A stretch of DNA of 64,000 bases from an uncultured Gammaproteobacteria bacterium (GCA_963699835.1 CAVOVJ010000012.1:33744-97743); one strand, 5' to 3'. Shown: positions 38,388-48,527, counted from the stretch's first letter. The notes: generated by a model not told the origin, from the sequence alone. Translations and numbers: made by a program.

Positions 38388-39152
38388 CTAACAGGGCGCC
38401 GGATTCGTGCAGTAATCCTCGATCGGCCACACTGTGCTGGTATCCCCTACAAATGCGCTGACGTCGCTGCTGCGCGTCTCCAGGGCCAGCTGAAACCCGA
38501 ACTCGTCGAAGAATTTGCGAAACATATCGCCGCCGTAGATTCCGGCCGCTGAGATGTGTCCGGTTGAGCCGTCGTACTCAAGCGCAACGGCCGCGAGAGG
38601 CTGCGGCGCGGGGCCGCCGAGTACCCGTGCCCCTTCGGCCGGGTCGTAGACGCTGCCCTCGGAGCAGCAATAGATCACCGGGCGCCGCGGTTGTTCCGGG
38701 CTTGCGCCTGGCATGCCGTCATGGCGGTAGTTGATAAAGCTGACGCGGCGGGTCGGATAACTCATCTTGTGCGCGCAAATCGCCGAGAAGGCGACGATCG
38801 AGTTATCAGGTCCGACTCCGCCCTGCCAGCGGTAGCGGTCGCCGTTTTCGGTTTCGAGATCTGCAGGTGTGCTGACTCGGCGTCCGAGATTGAGCAGAAA
38901 ACACGGTGTCGCGGCATACGGGTAGTGAAAGACATAGGACTTGCCTGGCGCGAGTTTTTTTCCGTCCAGCGGCGCGCCGGACGGGTCCGTGAGCATTACA
39001 TTACCGGCCTGTTGAACCGGATTGCCGCGGGCCGCCAGCAGCGCCGGGTTGAGCGCGACCGCACCGCTCATCATGCTGCAGACTTTGACGAATCTGCGGC
39101 GGGAAACTCCTGTCTTTTCGTCCATGAGTTTGACCTGTTGACTTGGTGGCAC
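38388..39152 (-). CDS. Tat-signal Rieske-like domain protein with non-canonical second cluster box
   Basis: SRRRFVKVCSMMSGAVALNP Tat signal. Box I ICAHKMS is present. The box II position reads YCCSEGSVYD instead of CPCHGS. Confidence 0.55.
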   Translation of the reverse strand: MPPSQQVKLMDEKTGVSRRRFVKVCSMMSGAVALNPALLAARGNPVQQAGNVMLTDPSGAPLDGKKLAPGKSYVFHYPYAATPCFLLNLGRRVSTPADLETENGDRYRWQGGVGPDNSIVAFSAICAHKMSYPTRRVSFINYRHDGMPGASPEQPRRPVIYCCSEGSVYDPAEGARVLGGPAPQPLAAVALEYDGSTGHISAAGIYGGDMFRKFFDEFGFQLALETRSSDVSAFVGDTSTVWPIEDYCTNPAPC

Positions 39153-39283
39153 TGCCTGGCGCAGCGATCAGACACGAATTCTAGCTGCGAGTGCCGACGA
39201 CTTGCCAATCAGCACCCACCCAAATCGATGCGGTGTGACCCGCCCGGTCCTTGGTTACTGCGCAAAATGCGTAACGGCCGGCT

Positions 39284-40480
39284 TCAGCCGGCATGCCGTT
39301 GCCGCTGCCCGGTCGCGCAATTCCGAGTCATCACGCGCCGGTACACATCGCTGCGGGCGCCATATTTTGACGTCACGATTTGCCACAAATGGAGTTCCTC
39401 AACGTCGAAGGCGGCCTTGCACGACAACAGGTAATAATTCCACATACGACGGAAGCGCTCGTCGAACCGTTGCCGGGTCTCTATCTCCATTATTCGGGGC
39501 CAGTTGCGGTTGAAATTTTCATACCAGGCACGCAGCGTTTTCGAATAATAGTATCCGTAGTTTTCCCAGGCCTGGATCACGAACAGACCGCGCACAGCAT
39601 CCGCGATTTGGCTCATGGCCGGTATCATCGAATTGCGAAAGATGTATTTCTCGATCCATGGGTCGACGATAGTGGTCACGTCTTTGTTGCCTATCGTATG
39701 GAGGAGAAAAAGGCCGTTTTCGGACAAAAGCTCATGGATGATTTTCATGAGTCTGCGGTAGTTTTTGTACCCAACGTGCTCGAGCATGCCGCACACGAGA
39801 ATTTTGTCGAAACTGGCGGCAGGAAAGCGATCAGGCAGATCACGATAGTCGCACCTGACGATCTCGACGTCGAATCCCGCCGCATATTTGCGCGCATACG
39901 CGATCTGTTCGGCGGAGAGGCTGATTCCGACTGCCGTGCAGCCGCGGGTGCTGGCCGCATAGCGAACAAAGCCGCCCCAGCCGCAGCCGACATCGAGGAC
40001 CCGGTCACCGGGACCGAGTTCGAGTTTTTCGCACAGCATTTCCAGTTTGCATTCCTCGGCAACCCGGAGCTCATCAGTGCCGTCGAAGAAGCAGCAAGTG
40101 TACTGGTTGTGAGGCCCGAGGAAGTGCGTGTATAGCCGATGATCGAGGTCATAGTGCTGTTCCGCCATAGCCCGCGAACCGCGTCGTGTTTGCATATTGG
40201 CAATCCGGGAGCGCAGGTTTTGCAGAATTCTTCCGGCCCCCGCGACGGCGGTGGAGGGCGCGCCGGTGCGGAGCAGACGTTGAATCATCGAGTCGAGTTG
40301 CGGTGTGTCCCAGTCACCATCGGTATAGGATTCACCGAGACCGACGGATCCCTGCAGCACCCGGCGATAGAATCTTGGATTGTTCACCCGAATGTCCCAC
40401 GGCGCGTTCCCGCCGATGTCAATTCCGGCATGATTGAATAGTCTGGTTACAAGTGCTCTCGGAGATAGTTCCATCGTCAA
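39284..40480 (-). CDS. cfa: cyclopropane-fatty-acyl-phospholipid synthase family methyltransferase
   Basis: SAM motif VLDVGCGWGG, ...HYDL...FLGPHNQYTCCFF..., ...GMLEHVG.... 398 aa. Confidence 0.9.
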   Translation of the reverse strand: MTMELSPRALVTRLFNHAGIDIGGNAPWDIRVNNPRFYRRVLQGSVGLGESYTDGDWDTPQLDSMIQRLLRTGAPSTAVAGAGRILQNLRSRIANMQTRRGSRAMAEQHYDLDHRLYTHFLGPHNQYTCCFFDGTDELRVAEECKLEMLCEKLELGPGDRVLDVGCGWGGFVRYAASTRGCTAVGISLSAEQIAYARKYAAGFDVEIVRCDYRDLPDRFPAASFDKILVCGMLEHVGYKNYRRLMKIIHELLSENGLFLLHTIGNKDVTTIVDPWIEKYIFRNSMIPAMSQIADAVRGLFVIQAWENYGYYYSKTLRAWYENFNRNWPRIMEIETRQRFDERFRRMWNYYLLSCKAAFDVEELHLWQIVTSKYGARSDVYRRVMTRNCATGQRQRHAG

Positions 40481-40791
40481 AGTCCCCCTGGAATCGCGAT
40501 GGCTTGCCTGTATTTATGTAGCCAAACGCATCCGCGCGGCAATACGGGAGTGTCCGGCCTGTCTAATTGGTATAGCCGGATAGCGTCTTACTCGCCAGCC
40601 CCGGATCGGTCATTCCACTGGGCGCGAGCGCAACGAATTTTCTTTCGGGCATCACCGCGGCTGCCCCCGGGCCGGCCTCTCCATTAAGTCAATAAGTGTA
40701 TGACCGGATTAATTTTTTCGCCATTCGGTTTATTCTTGAAAATGATGGTCAGGGGTTTGGCCGTCTGTAGCGTGACAAGGAGGAAACAATC

Positions 40792-41307
40792 ATGACAACC
40801 GTGCGCAAAATCACCCCGAAAGAGACACCGGTGGAGGTTCAACGCGAGCGGGCAGCAATGAGACCGATTGTCCACGGCATGGAAGACTTGTTCGAATTAT
40901 TCCCGCGCCGCTGGATGGAGTCGCTGATGGAGCCGTTTATGCTGAAACGGCCGTTGGCGCGCGAGTTCGAGGGCTTCGGCGAAGCCTTCTATCCGCATGT
41001 CGATCTGATCGACCGCGAAGCAACTCTGCTTGTTCGCGCCGAATTGCCCGGTGTGAAGAAGGAGGACCTCGATATCAGCCTCGTCGGTGATCGCTTGACG
41101 ATCAAGGCGAAGAGGGAATTTAAGGAAGAGGAGAAGAACGAGACCTTCTTCCGGTCGGAAATGGGCTATGGATCACTGCTCCGCACTGTTCTGTTGCCGG
41201 CTGAAGTGGATATCAGAAAAGCAAAAGCCGAATTGCGAGAAGGCATTCTCGAGATCGTTTTGCCGAAAGTTGAAGTTCAGAAACGGCAGACGATCAAAGT
41301 AGCCTGA
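40792..41307 (+). CDS. Hsp20/alpha-crystallin family small heat-shock protein
   Basis: Alpha-crystallin domain VDLIDREATLLVRAELPGVKKEDLDISLVGDRLTIKAKRE...GILEIVLPK. GGAGGA RBS. Confidence 0.9.
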   Translation: MTTVRKITPKETPVEVQRERAAMRPIVHGMEDLFELFPRRWMESLMEPFMLKRPLAREFEGFGEAFYPHVDLIDREATLLVRAELPGVKKEDLDISLVGDRLTIKAKREFKEEEKNETFFRSEMGYGSLLRTVLLPAEVDIRKAKAELREGILEIVLPKVEVQKRQTIKVA

Positions 41308-41324
41308 TTATCACGCGAAGTGGG

Positions 41325-41354
41325 CGGGGCGGCGTAAGTCGCCCCGTTTCTTTC
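41325..41354 (+). terminator. intrinsic terminator after hsp20
   Basis: 7-bp GC stem CGGGGCG/CGCCCCG, 8-nt loop, then TTTCTTTC. Confidence 0.6.
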
Positions 41355-42034
41355 AGCGGTACGCCGCCTGCGCACCGAGGCGGCGGCAGAGGGGGCGGTT
41401 TTACGCTCCATGGCCCTGTATTTTGCCGCGGCGCAACATCCGCAGAAATACCTATTGCCCCGAGTATTGGTCGCTGGCAGGTTTGAGACTCTGTGGCCGG
41501 AATTGTATCCCTATGATGTCTCTTGCCAACCCGGTTGTCCTTAGTCGCTCTCTGCTGCGGCGGATGTTGTGTTGCCGCACGGCGGATACCTGGTCAGCCG
41601 ACTGGGGGTCAGTTGCGTTCCTGGGAACGGATGATCGGATTCATGCGGTTCATCTCGGTGAAATCATTGATGTTTTACCGGTCGATGAGGATCTTCGCGC
41701 CGTTCTCAGAAGCGTTCAGGGGGCTGGTCCCTACACCGTCGCGGCCTGATTGCCCTTGCCACTGTCGGTCGCCGGGCATCTTCGGGGCGGGCCGTTGCCG
41801 CGGTTCTCCGGTGTCAGGATTCCGCTTGCCACGGGATGCAACCAACGGACGCCTGTCGGCCCGCAGCGTCCGCTCGAACTCCGGGCGCGTTGCGCGCGCT
41901 ATTTCTGCCGTGTTTTCAAATAGCCTCCAGCAGGAATCCGTTGCGCTGCGACCGCAACGGTGGCGCAACAGGCGTGAGCCCAAAGTATAGTCGGATAATG
42001 GTCGTCACTCTGTCAAAGTGAACGGTGGAGGAAT

Positions 42035-43348
42035 ATGCGCGAAAAACGAAGGGGAGAAGCGAGCATGAGACTGTTCTGCAAGGAGTTCGGTTTTATAGCG
42101 ACGCTGTTCGCGTGCGCCGCATTTGCCACCGCGGCGGTCGCGCAGGATGCGAAGCTTTCAGAGGACGCCGAACGATGCGTCAGCTGCCATACCAAACAGC
42201 AACCGGGAATCGTGGCCGACTGGAAAAGCAGTCGTCATTTCGAAGTGGGTATCTCCTGTCTCGATTGCCACCGCGTTGAAGACGAGCATTCGCCCATGGG
42301 CGGTGAGCATATGAGTTCAGGCGCCAAAGTCTCGGTGCTGGTGCCTCCAAGTACCTGCGGCCGCTGTCACGCGGACCAGGTCGAGCAGTTCAATGCCAGC
42401 GGCCACTTCCGCGCCTACCGGCAGATTATTCCAAAAGATAGCCTCCACGCACTGACCCAGGTGCACGAAGGCCGCTCACATCCCGAATTCGGTGACGCCC
42501 CGAACGAGACCGGATGCATGCAGTGCCATGGAACCAAAATCGAGCTGGATGAGGACGGCAGTCCGACCCCTGAAACCTGGCCGAACGCGGGTATGGGCAA
42601 CATTTATCCCGACGGTAGCACCGGAAATTGTTCGGCCTGTCACACCCGCCATGCGTTTTCGAATGCCGAGGCGAGACGCCCGCATGCCTGCGCGTCGTGC
42701 CATCTTGGTCCGGATCATCCGAACATCGAGATTTTCGAAAACAGCAAGCACGGCCATGTCTACAACACCCAGGGCGAGGACTGGAACTGGGAGGGTGCCA
42801 GCGACGCCTGGACTGCAGGGGTCGATTATCGCGCGCCAACCTGTTCGAGCTGCCATATGAGCGCTGCCGGTGAGCAACCCGCCACGCATAATGTTTCCGA
42901 TCGCCTGTACTGGGTGCTGTGGTCGAAGAGTTCGCCGGTGCGAAATTCGGACGACCCGATGAGCCCGATTCTCGGCGACGGACCGAAAGGGCGCGAGCGA
43001 ATGAAGGAAGTCTGTGCCCAGTGCCATAGTTCGCTGCACACGGACGGGTTCTTCGCGCAAGGCGACAAGGCGGTCAATCTGTATAACGAGGCCTATTACA
43101 AACCCGCCAAGGCAATGCTCGACGAACTCAAGGAGAAAGGTCTGCTGGAGGACAATCCGTGGAGCGACGAGTTCCAGATTACCTTCTACTACCTATGGCA
43201 TCATGAGGGCCGGCGTGCGCGCCAGGGGGCGATGATGGGCGCTCCGGACTATGCGCACTGGCATGGCTTCTTCGAGCTGCAGCAGGACCTGTACAAGCTC
43301 GAGAAGATTCATGCGAAGCGGATCAAGACCGGCAAGATCGAAGAATAG
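42035..43348 (+). CDS. octaheme c-type cytochrome, hydroxylamine oxidoreductase (HAO) family-like
   Basis: Eight CxxCH motifs (CVSCH, CLDCH, CGRCH, CMQCH, CSACH, CASCH, CSSCH, CAQCH) plus the HAO-type C-terminal helix region FYYLWHHEGRRARQGAMMGAPDYAHWHG. Signal peptide if started at the ATG at 42065. Confidence 0.85.
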   Translation: MREKRRGEASMRLFCKEFGFIATLFACAAFATAAVAQDAKLSEDAERCVSCHTKQQPGIVADWKSSRHFEVGISCLDCHRVEDEHSPMGGEHMSSGAKVSVLVPPSTCGRCHADQVEQFNASGHFRAYRQIIPKDSLHALTQVHEGRSHPEFGDAPNETGCMQCHGTKIELDEDGSPTPETWPNAGMGNIYPDGSTGNCSACHTRHAFSNAEARRPHACASCHLGPDHPNIEIFENSKHGHVYNTQGEDWNWEGASDAWTAGVDYRAPTCSSCHMSAAGEQPATHNVSDRLYWVLWSKSSPVRNSDDPMSPILGDGPKGRERMKEVCAQCHSSLHTDGFFAQGDKAVNLYNEAYYKPAKAMLDELKEKGLLEDNPWSDEFQITFYYLWHHEGRRARQGAMMGAPDYAHWHGFFELQQDLYKLEKIHAKRIKTGKIEE

Positions 43349-43369
43349 CGCCCGGTCGCGAGCTGACAG

Positions 43370-43419
43370 GAAAGCAGGCGCGCCAGGCGACGCGCCTCCT
43401 TTCTGGGTGTTCGTTTTCC
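43370..43419 (+). terminator. candidate hairpin/terminator between convergent genes
   Basis: GAAAG-c-AGGCGCG / CGCGCCT-c-CTTTC stem (12 bp with one mismatch), followed by a T-rich stretch. Confidence 0.35.
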
Positions 43420-43474
43420 CCGCTCCGGCTTTGGCGGCAACCGCCGCCCACCGGCGGATGGGGGCGAGCGAAAT

Positions 43475-44557
43475 CTAAAACTCGAAGCCCAGTGAGGTAT
43501 TGATGCCGTAGTCCGAGTTCGATGCGTCGGTGTCGGATACATCGCTGTCATATTTGTGAAAAAAGCTCAGGTCCCAGAAAAAGTCCTCGATGATCTCCTG
43601 GCGCAGCGTGATATCGAAATCGGTACGGTATTCACCCAACTGGGTAATGCCGGGGAATACTGCAAGCGTGGCATCAAGCCTGCGCTTCGGCGTGTGATGG
43701 ATGTAGATCGACCAGCCGCTGCGCAGAAGTCCTTCCAGGTCGGTGTCCGACGTGCCGTCCGAGTTTTCAGAGTGGTTAACGACTACGCCGGTTTCGCCGA
43801 ATAGCTCGGAGACGTTGGTTTGCCAGAAGCGATGACCATAGCCGCCACCTGTCAGGAGCCGTAAATCCAACCCCAGTTCGTCGTTACGCTCTGCTGACCC
43901 CAGCGCCAGCCAGTAGTTGCGATTCTCGAGCCAGCGCCGGTAATCGACGTAGGCGGTCCATTGACTGGTCGTCTCGTCGCCGTCGTCGGTCACCAGTCCG
44001 CCGAGGCCAAAGTTCGTGCGGGATAACTCCCTGATGTAAAGAGCGTCATAATTGAGATTGAATCGCTCCACATCGCTCGCCTTGGTGTAGCTATAGCCCG
44101 TTTTCAATGTGCTGTCGATCTGGTCGCGCCAGGTTCTTTCGATCGTCTGGATCCGCACGATATCGATCATCGCGAGCTCCGACGTTGCACCGCCACGGAC
44201 GACAAGCAACCTGCCGTCGGCGATGCCGGGGTTCAGAGAGCCGAAGTACTTGGTGCCATCGGAGGTCTCCAGGCGGTAGTATTTTTTTGCTTCGACACTC
44301 AGAATCTCGTCCCACTCGACGGAGATGGTGCCCATGGAGTCGGTGCCATAGCTGAGTTTGCCGCGTTGGAGGTTCTTGACCTCACCGGTGACGAAATCGC
44401 CGTTGGCGAGACGGATGATGTCTTCCTTGGCAGCATGGGCCGGGGCCGCGAAGATTAATGCCCACGCACTCCAAAGCAGCAAATGCAGGCCGCCAATTCT
44501 GACCCGGAGGGGTCGTGGCAAATTCTTGCGATTCATACTCAATTCTCTGTGATTCAT
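43475..44557 (-). CDS. DUF481 (YdiY-like) outer-membrane beta-barrel protein
   Basis: Signal peptide ...LLLWSAWALIFAAPAHA/AKE, alternating beta-strand pattern, C-terminal ...INTSLGFEF. Confidence 0.7.
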   Translation of the reverse strand: MNHRELSMNRKNLPRPLRVRIGGLHLLLWSAWALIFAAPAHAAKEDIIRLANGDFVTGEVKNLQRGKLSYGTDSMGTISVEWDEILSVEAKKYYRLETSDGTKYFGSLNPGIADGRLLVVRGGATSELAMIDIVRIQTIERTWRDQIDSTLKTGYSYTKASDVERFNLNYDALYIRELSRTNFGLGGLVTDDGDETTSQWTAYVDYRRWLENRNYWLALGSAERNDELGLDLRLLTGGGYGHRFWQTNVSELFGETGVVVNHSENSDGTSDTDLEGLLRSGWSIYIHHTPKRRLDATLAVFPGITQLGEYRTDFDITLRQEIIEDFFWDLSFFHKYDSDVSDTDASNSDYGINTSLGFEF

Positions 44558-44837
44558 GGTTTGCTTGCGTGGTCAGCGCGGTAAAACCCGGTAGCCGCCA
44601 TGCCGGGGGCACTGCCGTGCCGGCCGGTCGGCCCAAGGGGTCGATGGCGGCGCTACTGCTTCCTGCACCGGCCGCGGTTGCGCGTGGCGCGCATGCTACC
44701 AATAATTCGGCGAGCGCAAAATGTCCGGGATCGACGGGTTTGCACCGGTTTCGCCCGGCGCGAAGTTCCGCCTGGCGGCGGATGCAGAGAGGGCAGACTG
44801 GCACGGCCCGGCAGATGGCGCGATAAATACTGAATCC

Positions 44838-46985
44838 CTAGATTGCGTCAGCGTCAATTCGGGTGACTGATACCGGCACCCCGTTTAGTGCCGCGTTGCC
44901 AGACAAAACGTCGAGAAAAGTCTCGTCGGTAAGGTCATTGATACATACGCCGGGGTGGCGCGTGGCGATCGAGAGCCGGCTGCCTGCGCGGTCATGGCCC
45001 CAACCATGAGGGAGGCTGACGACGCCGGGCATGAGATCTTCGCTGGCTTCGACTTTGACGGTCAGGCAACCGCTGCGCGAACGCAATTCCGCGAGGTCGC
45101 CGCTATGCAAGGCGTGTGCTGCCAGGTCAGTGGGGTGCATCAGCAGATTGCAACGGTCTTTTCCCTTTACCAGCCGCGCATAATTGTGCATCCACGAATT
45201 ATTGCTGCGGATGTGGCGTCTGCCGATCAGACGCAATGACTCAGTGGCACGCTGATTCGAATCGATTGCGGCCTGCAAACGAGCAAGGTCTGCAACCAGG
45301 AAATCCGGCGCGGCATGGATCTGCTGGTCATCAGTGCACAAGCGCGCTTGTATCGATCCACCGCGCAACGGTCCGAGATCGACGCCACTGCGATGGCGGG
45401 ATAATTTATCGAGATCCAGAGGCGAATCCGGTTTGTGACGCTTTCCGTACGGCCCCGCGGCCAGGCCCTGTTCCAGCAAAACCGTTGGTGGCGGCAGCGT
45501 ATCCGACCCGGATTCGAGCTTTTCCTGACAACGGCTTGCGAGCTGATTAAAGATCTCCCAATCGTGCAGCGCTGCCGGATTCCTTTCGAACACGGCCGGG
45601 CTGTAGCGCGCCGTGTTGTGTACGGCAAGCTGGTGAAAAACCAGGTCATAGTGATCATGTTCGAGCGGACTGGTGGGCGGCAGGATCACGTGGGCATGAC
45701 GAGTGGTTTCGTTCAGGTAAAAATCGAAACTCACCATGAAATCGAGATCGGCGAGCGCATGATCGAGCTGGCGTCCGTTGGGCGTAGACAGAACCGGGTT
45801 GCCGGCTACCGTTGCGAGCGCGCGAATCTGGCCATCACCGGGTGTCAGGATTTCTTCCGCGAGTGCCGCTACCGGAAGCTCCCCGGCAAATTCGGGGAGT
45901 CCGCGAACGCGGCTCTGCCAGGCGGCAAAATGCCCCGGGCGTTTGTCCCACGGCCCGGCCATGCCGATCGCTGCATGGGTCAGTACGACCCCGCCCTGAC
46001 GATCCAGATTGCCGGTCACCAGGTTCAGAAGCTGCAGCGCCCACTGGCACAGGCTGCCGAAAGCCTGTGTCGACACCCCCATGCGGCCATAGCATGCTGC
46101 GCTGCGAGCATCGGCGATCGTGTGCGCCAGGCGGCGAATTGTTGCCGCGCCGATACCCGTGGCGACGGCGACGCTCTCCGGCGTAAAAGCTGAAATGGTG
46201 TCGCAAAACCGTTCGAGACCGTTGGTGTAATCGGTGTGACTGCCTGCATCGGCGTTGCGTTCAACAACCAGCACATGCAGCATCGCAAACAGCAGCAACG
46301 CGTCGCTACCGGGACGGATGAAGTGATGTTCGTCGGCGATCTTCGCCGTCTCGGTCCGGCGCGGATCTATCACGATCAGGCGCCCCCCGCGTGCCTGCAG
46401 AGCGCGGATACGATTGCGAAAATCGGGCACCGTCATCAGGCTGCCGTTGGAAGCTATCGGATTGGCGCCCAGCATCAGAAAACAGTCGGTATGGTCGATG
46501 TCCGGGACCGGAATCAGGAACTGGTGACCGTACATCGCATGGCAGACGACATGGTGAGGAAGCTGGTCGACCGAGGTCGCCGAAAACCGGTTGCGGGTCC
46601 GGAAGTGACGAAAAAAGTGATAGCTGTGAGTCATGATTCCCCAGTTGTGGACACTGGGATTACCCATATAGATGCCAACGGCGTTGTCGCCGTCGCGCTG
46701 TGCGATCGCCGAAAGACGGCGAACGGTGAGATCGAGCGCCTCGTCCCATTCGCACTCGCGCCAGTCGTCGCCATCGCGCAGCATCGGTTGGCGGAGGCGA
46801 TCGGGGTCTTCATGAATGTCTTTGAGCGCCACAGCCTTGGGGCAGATATGACCGCGGCTCAGCGGGTCGTTCTTGTCGCCGCGGATGTGCAGGATGGCAT
46901 CGTTCTCCACTTTGATCTCGAGACCACAGATCGCCTCGCATAGATGACATGCGCGGTATACCGTTCGGGTTGCTGTGTGCGCCAT
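44838..46985 (-). CDS. cytoplasmic molybdopterin (bisPGD) oxidoreductase family protein
   Basis: N-terminal FeS motif CHLCEAICGL...GHICPKA, MopB core, C-terminal beta-barrel domain. No Tat signal. 715 aa. Confidence 0.85.
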   Translation of the reverse strand: MAHTATRTVYRACHLCEAICGLEIKVENDAILHIRGDKNDPLSRGHICPKAVALKDIHEDPDRLRQPMLRDGDDWRECEWDEALDLTVRRLSAIAQRDGDNAVGIYMGNPSVHNWGIMTHSYHFFRHFRTRNRFSATSVDQLPHHVVCHAMYGHQFLIPVPDIDHTDCFLMLGANPIASNGSLMTVPDFRNRIRALQARGGRLIVIDPRRTETAKIADEHHFIRPGSDALLLFAMLHVLVVERNADAGSHTDYTNGLERFCDTISAFTPESVAVATGIGAATIRRLAHTIADARSAACYGRMGVSTQAFGSLCQWALQLLNLVTGNLDRQGGVVLTHAAIGMAGPWDKRPGHFAAWQSRVRGLPEFAGELPVAALAEEILTPGDGQIRALATVAGNPVLSTPNGRQLDHALADLDFMVSFDFYLNETTRHAHVILPPTSPLEHDHYDLVFHQLAVHNTARYSPAVFERNPAALHDWEIFNQLASRCQEKLESGSDTLPPPTVLLEQGLAAGPYGKRHKPDSPLDLDKLSRHRSGVDLGPLRGGSIQARLCTDDQQIHAAPDFLVADLARLQAAIDSNQRATESLRLIGRRHIRSNNSWMHNYARLVKGKDRCNLLMHPTDLAAHALHSGDLAELRSRSGCLTVKVEASEDLMPGVVSLPHGWGHDRAGSRLSIATRHPGVCINDLTDETFLDVLSGNAALNGVPVSVTRIDADAI

Positions 46986-47085
46986 GGTAGCGACGGGACT
47001 CCTGCCGGTTCCTGGTCAGGATGGAAGAGTTGCATACACCGGAGGCGTATAACAAGTCATGCCAGCCGTCTGGTGCCAGGCAATG

Positions 47086-47118
47086 AAAAAAACCCCGGTG
47101 GCACAGGTGCCACCGGGG
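47086..47118 (-). terminator. intrinsic terminator downstream of the porin gene
   Basis: The minus strand reads CCCCGGTGGCAC-CT-GTGCCACCGGGG (about 11-12 bp stem), followed by TTTTTTT. Confidence 0.75.
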
Positions 47119-47150
47119 CCTGAAGGTTCGCCTTAGGCGCGGGTTTCAGC

Positions 47151-48527
47151 CTAGTAAGCGTACTTGGCCGAAACGATAAAGCGGGTCATGTCGCCGTCCA
47201 GTCCGTTTTCGAGTTCGCGGCTGGCGTACATGAACTCCGCACCGAGTGTCATTTTCGGTATCGGGTCGAACAGCAGGTTCACATGGACACTGTAGTGTTC
47301 CTTGTTCACGCCACCACCAGTCAGGCTGTCGTCGTTGTCAATCGACAGGCCACCGACCGTGAAGTTCGAACGCCAGCTGCCGGTCCAGAAGTGACGATAG
47401 GAGACGTAGCCTGCCATCTGCTCGATCGTCTCGAGATCGCCGCCGGAATCCAGCACCGCACCATTCGCCGCGTTCAGGGCGAGATAACGGCCAATACCGT
47501 CGCCGTAGTTGACCATCCAGCGGATATCGTCCTTTTCGAAGACGTTGAATTTACCGGATACCGAGATTCCGTAGCCGATTTCATCGTCGTCGAGATTGTT
47601 GACGTTATCCTCGATCTTGAGCTGACGCAGCAATCCGGCGAAAGCGATATGGCCCCAGTCACCGGTCCAGTTATAGCGGCCAACAAAATCAGGCAGCGAA
47701 TTGTCATCGGAGTTGATGCGGGAACCGCCACCGAATGGAGTCACTGTCGTTTCGGGATTCTCCAGCGCGAACTGCCACGGACCAGTCGTGTAGCGAACCA
47801 GTGCCTGACGGACGAAGATCGTGCCCTCGGTCGGGCCGATGAAGTCGAGGTTCTCGACGAACGCCCCCAGATTCTGGAAAGTCGACCAGGTCTGGCCCAC
47901 GTCCCATCCGTCATAAGAGATCAGCGCATGACGCAGGCGCGGTTGATACGAGTTGCTGATCCGCTCATCGCCCTCCGAGCCGGTAAAGAAATCCATCTCC
48001 AGCAGGGTCTTCACTTCCTTGCCGTTTGGAAGCTCATGTCGGCTCTTGAAGTTGATACGGGTTTCACGGGCCTGCATATCGACCTGCGCATCCTTGTCCG
48101 GAGCGTCGACCGGAACCAGCGACGGCACATAGAACTGACGCATCAGGCTGTCTTCTGACACGGAGCCGTCGTTGTACTTACTCACAAACGTGTCGAACTT
48201 GACGTAGCCGCCGAACTGGTAATCGTTCCACGGCTTGTCGTCGACAACTTCTGTGACTTTCTTTTCGACCGTTGCCGTGCGGGATTCGACAGTGGCCAGT
48301 TCCTGTCGCTGCATGTTTTGACCGTTGGCCAGCTGTCTGACCAACGCCTCCAGTTCGGCAACACGCGCCTCGAGCTGCTGTACCTCCTGATCGCTGGCGG
48401 CGGATGCGGAACCACTCCAGACGGCCAGCATGGCAGTCAGAATGGCAACAAGTGGCCCACGTAGTGAGCGATTTCTTTGTTCAGACATATCTCCTCCCTC
48501 GTCCGGAAGATTGACGGGCTTGGTCAT
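47151..48527 (-). CDS. DcaP-like trimeric outer-membrane porin
   Basis: Signal peptide, N-terminal coiled coil (VQQLEARVAELEALVRQL...), beta-barrel, ends ...VSAKYAY. Likely start is the ATG at 48488. Confidence 0.7.
   Translation of the reverse strand: MTKPVNLPDEGGDMSEQRNRSLRGPLVAILTAMLAVWSGSASAASDQEVQQLEARVAELEALVRQLANGQNMQRQELATVESRTATVEKKVTEVVDDKPWNDYQFGGYVKFDTFVSKYNDGSVSEDSLMRQFYVPSLVPVDAPDKDAQVDMQARETRINFKSRHELPNGKEVKTLLEMDFFTGSEGDERISNSYQPRLRHALISYDGWDVGQTWSTFQNLGAFVENLDFIGPTEGTIFVRQALVRYTTGPWQFALENPETTVTPFGGGSRINSDDNSLPDFVGRYNWTGDWGHIAFAGLLRQLKIEDNVNNLDDDEIGYGISVSGKFNVFEKDDIRWMVNYGDGIGRYLALNAANGAVLDSGGDLETIEQMAGYVSYRHFWTGSWRSNFTVGGLSIDNDDSLTGGGVNKEHYSVHVNLLFDPIPKMTLGAEFMYASRELENGLDGDMTRFIVSAKYAY

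Noticed and set aside
40735-40775. A sigma-32-type heat-shock promoter upstream of hsp20 (CTTGAAA at 40735-40741)
   Set aside because: The -35-like element is good. No CCCCATNT-like -10 element follows at 13-15 nt (the sequence there is ...GGGGTTTGGCCGTCT). Support is insufficient.
46986-47085. TGGCAC on the minus strand upstream of the Mo-oxidoreductase as a sigma-54 promoter, or a Moco riboswitch
   Set aside because: TGGCACCAGACGGCTGG has no TTGC at the required 10-nt GG-to-GC spacing. The leader is only ~100 nt, too short for a Moco riboswitch.
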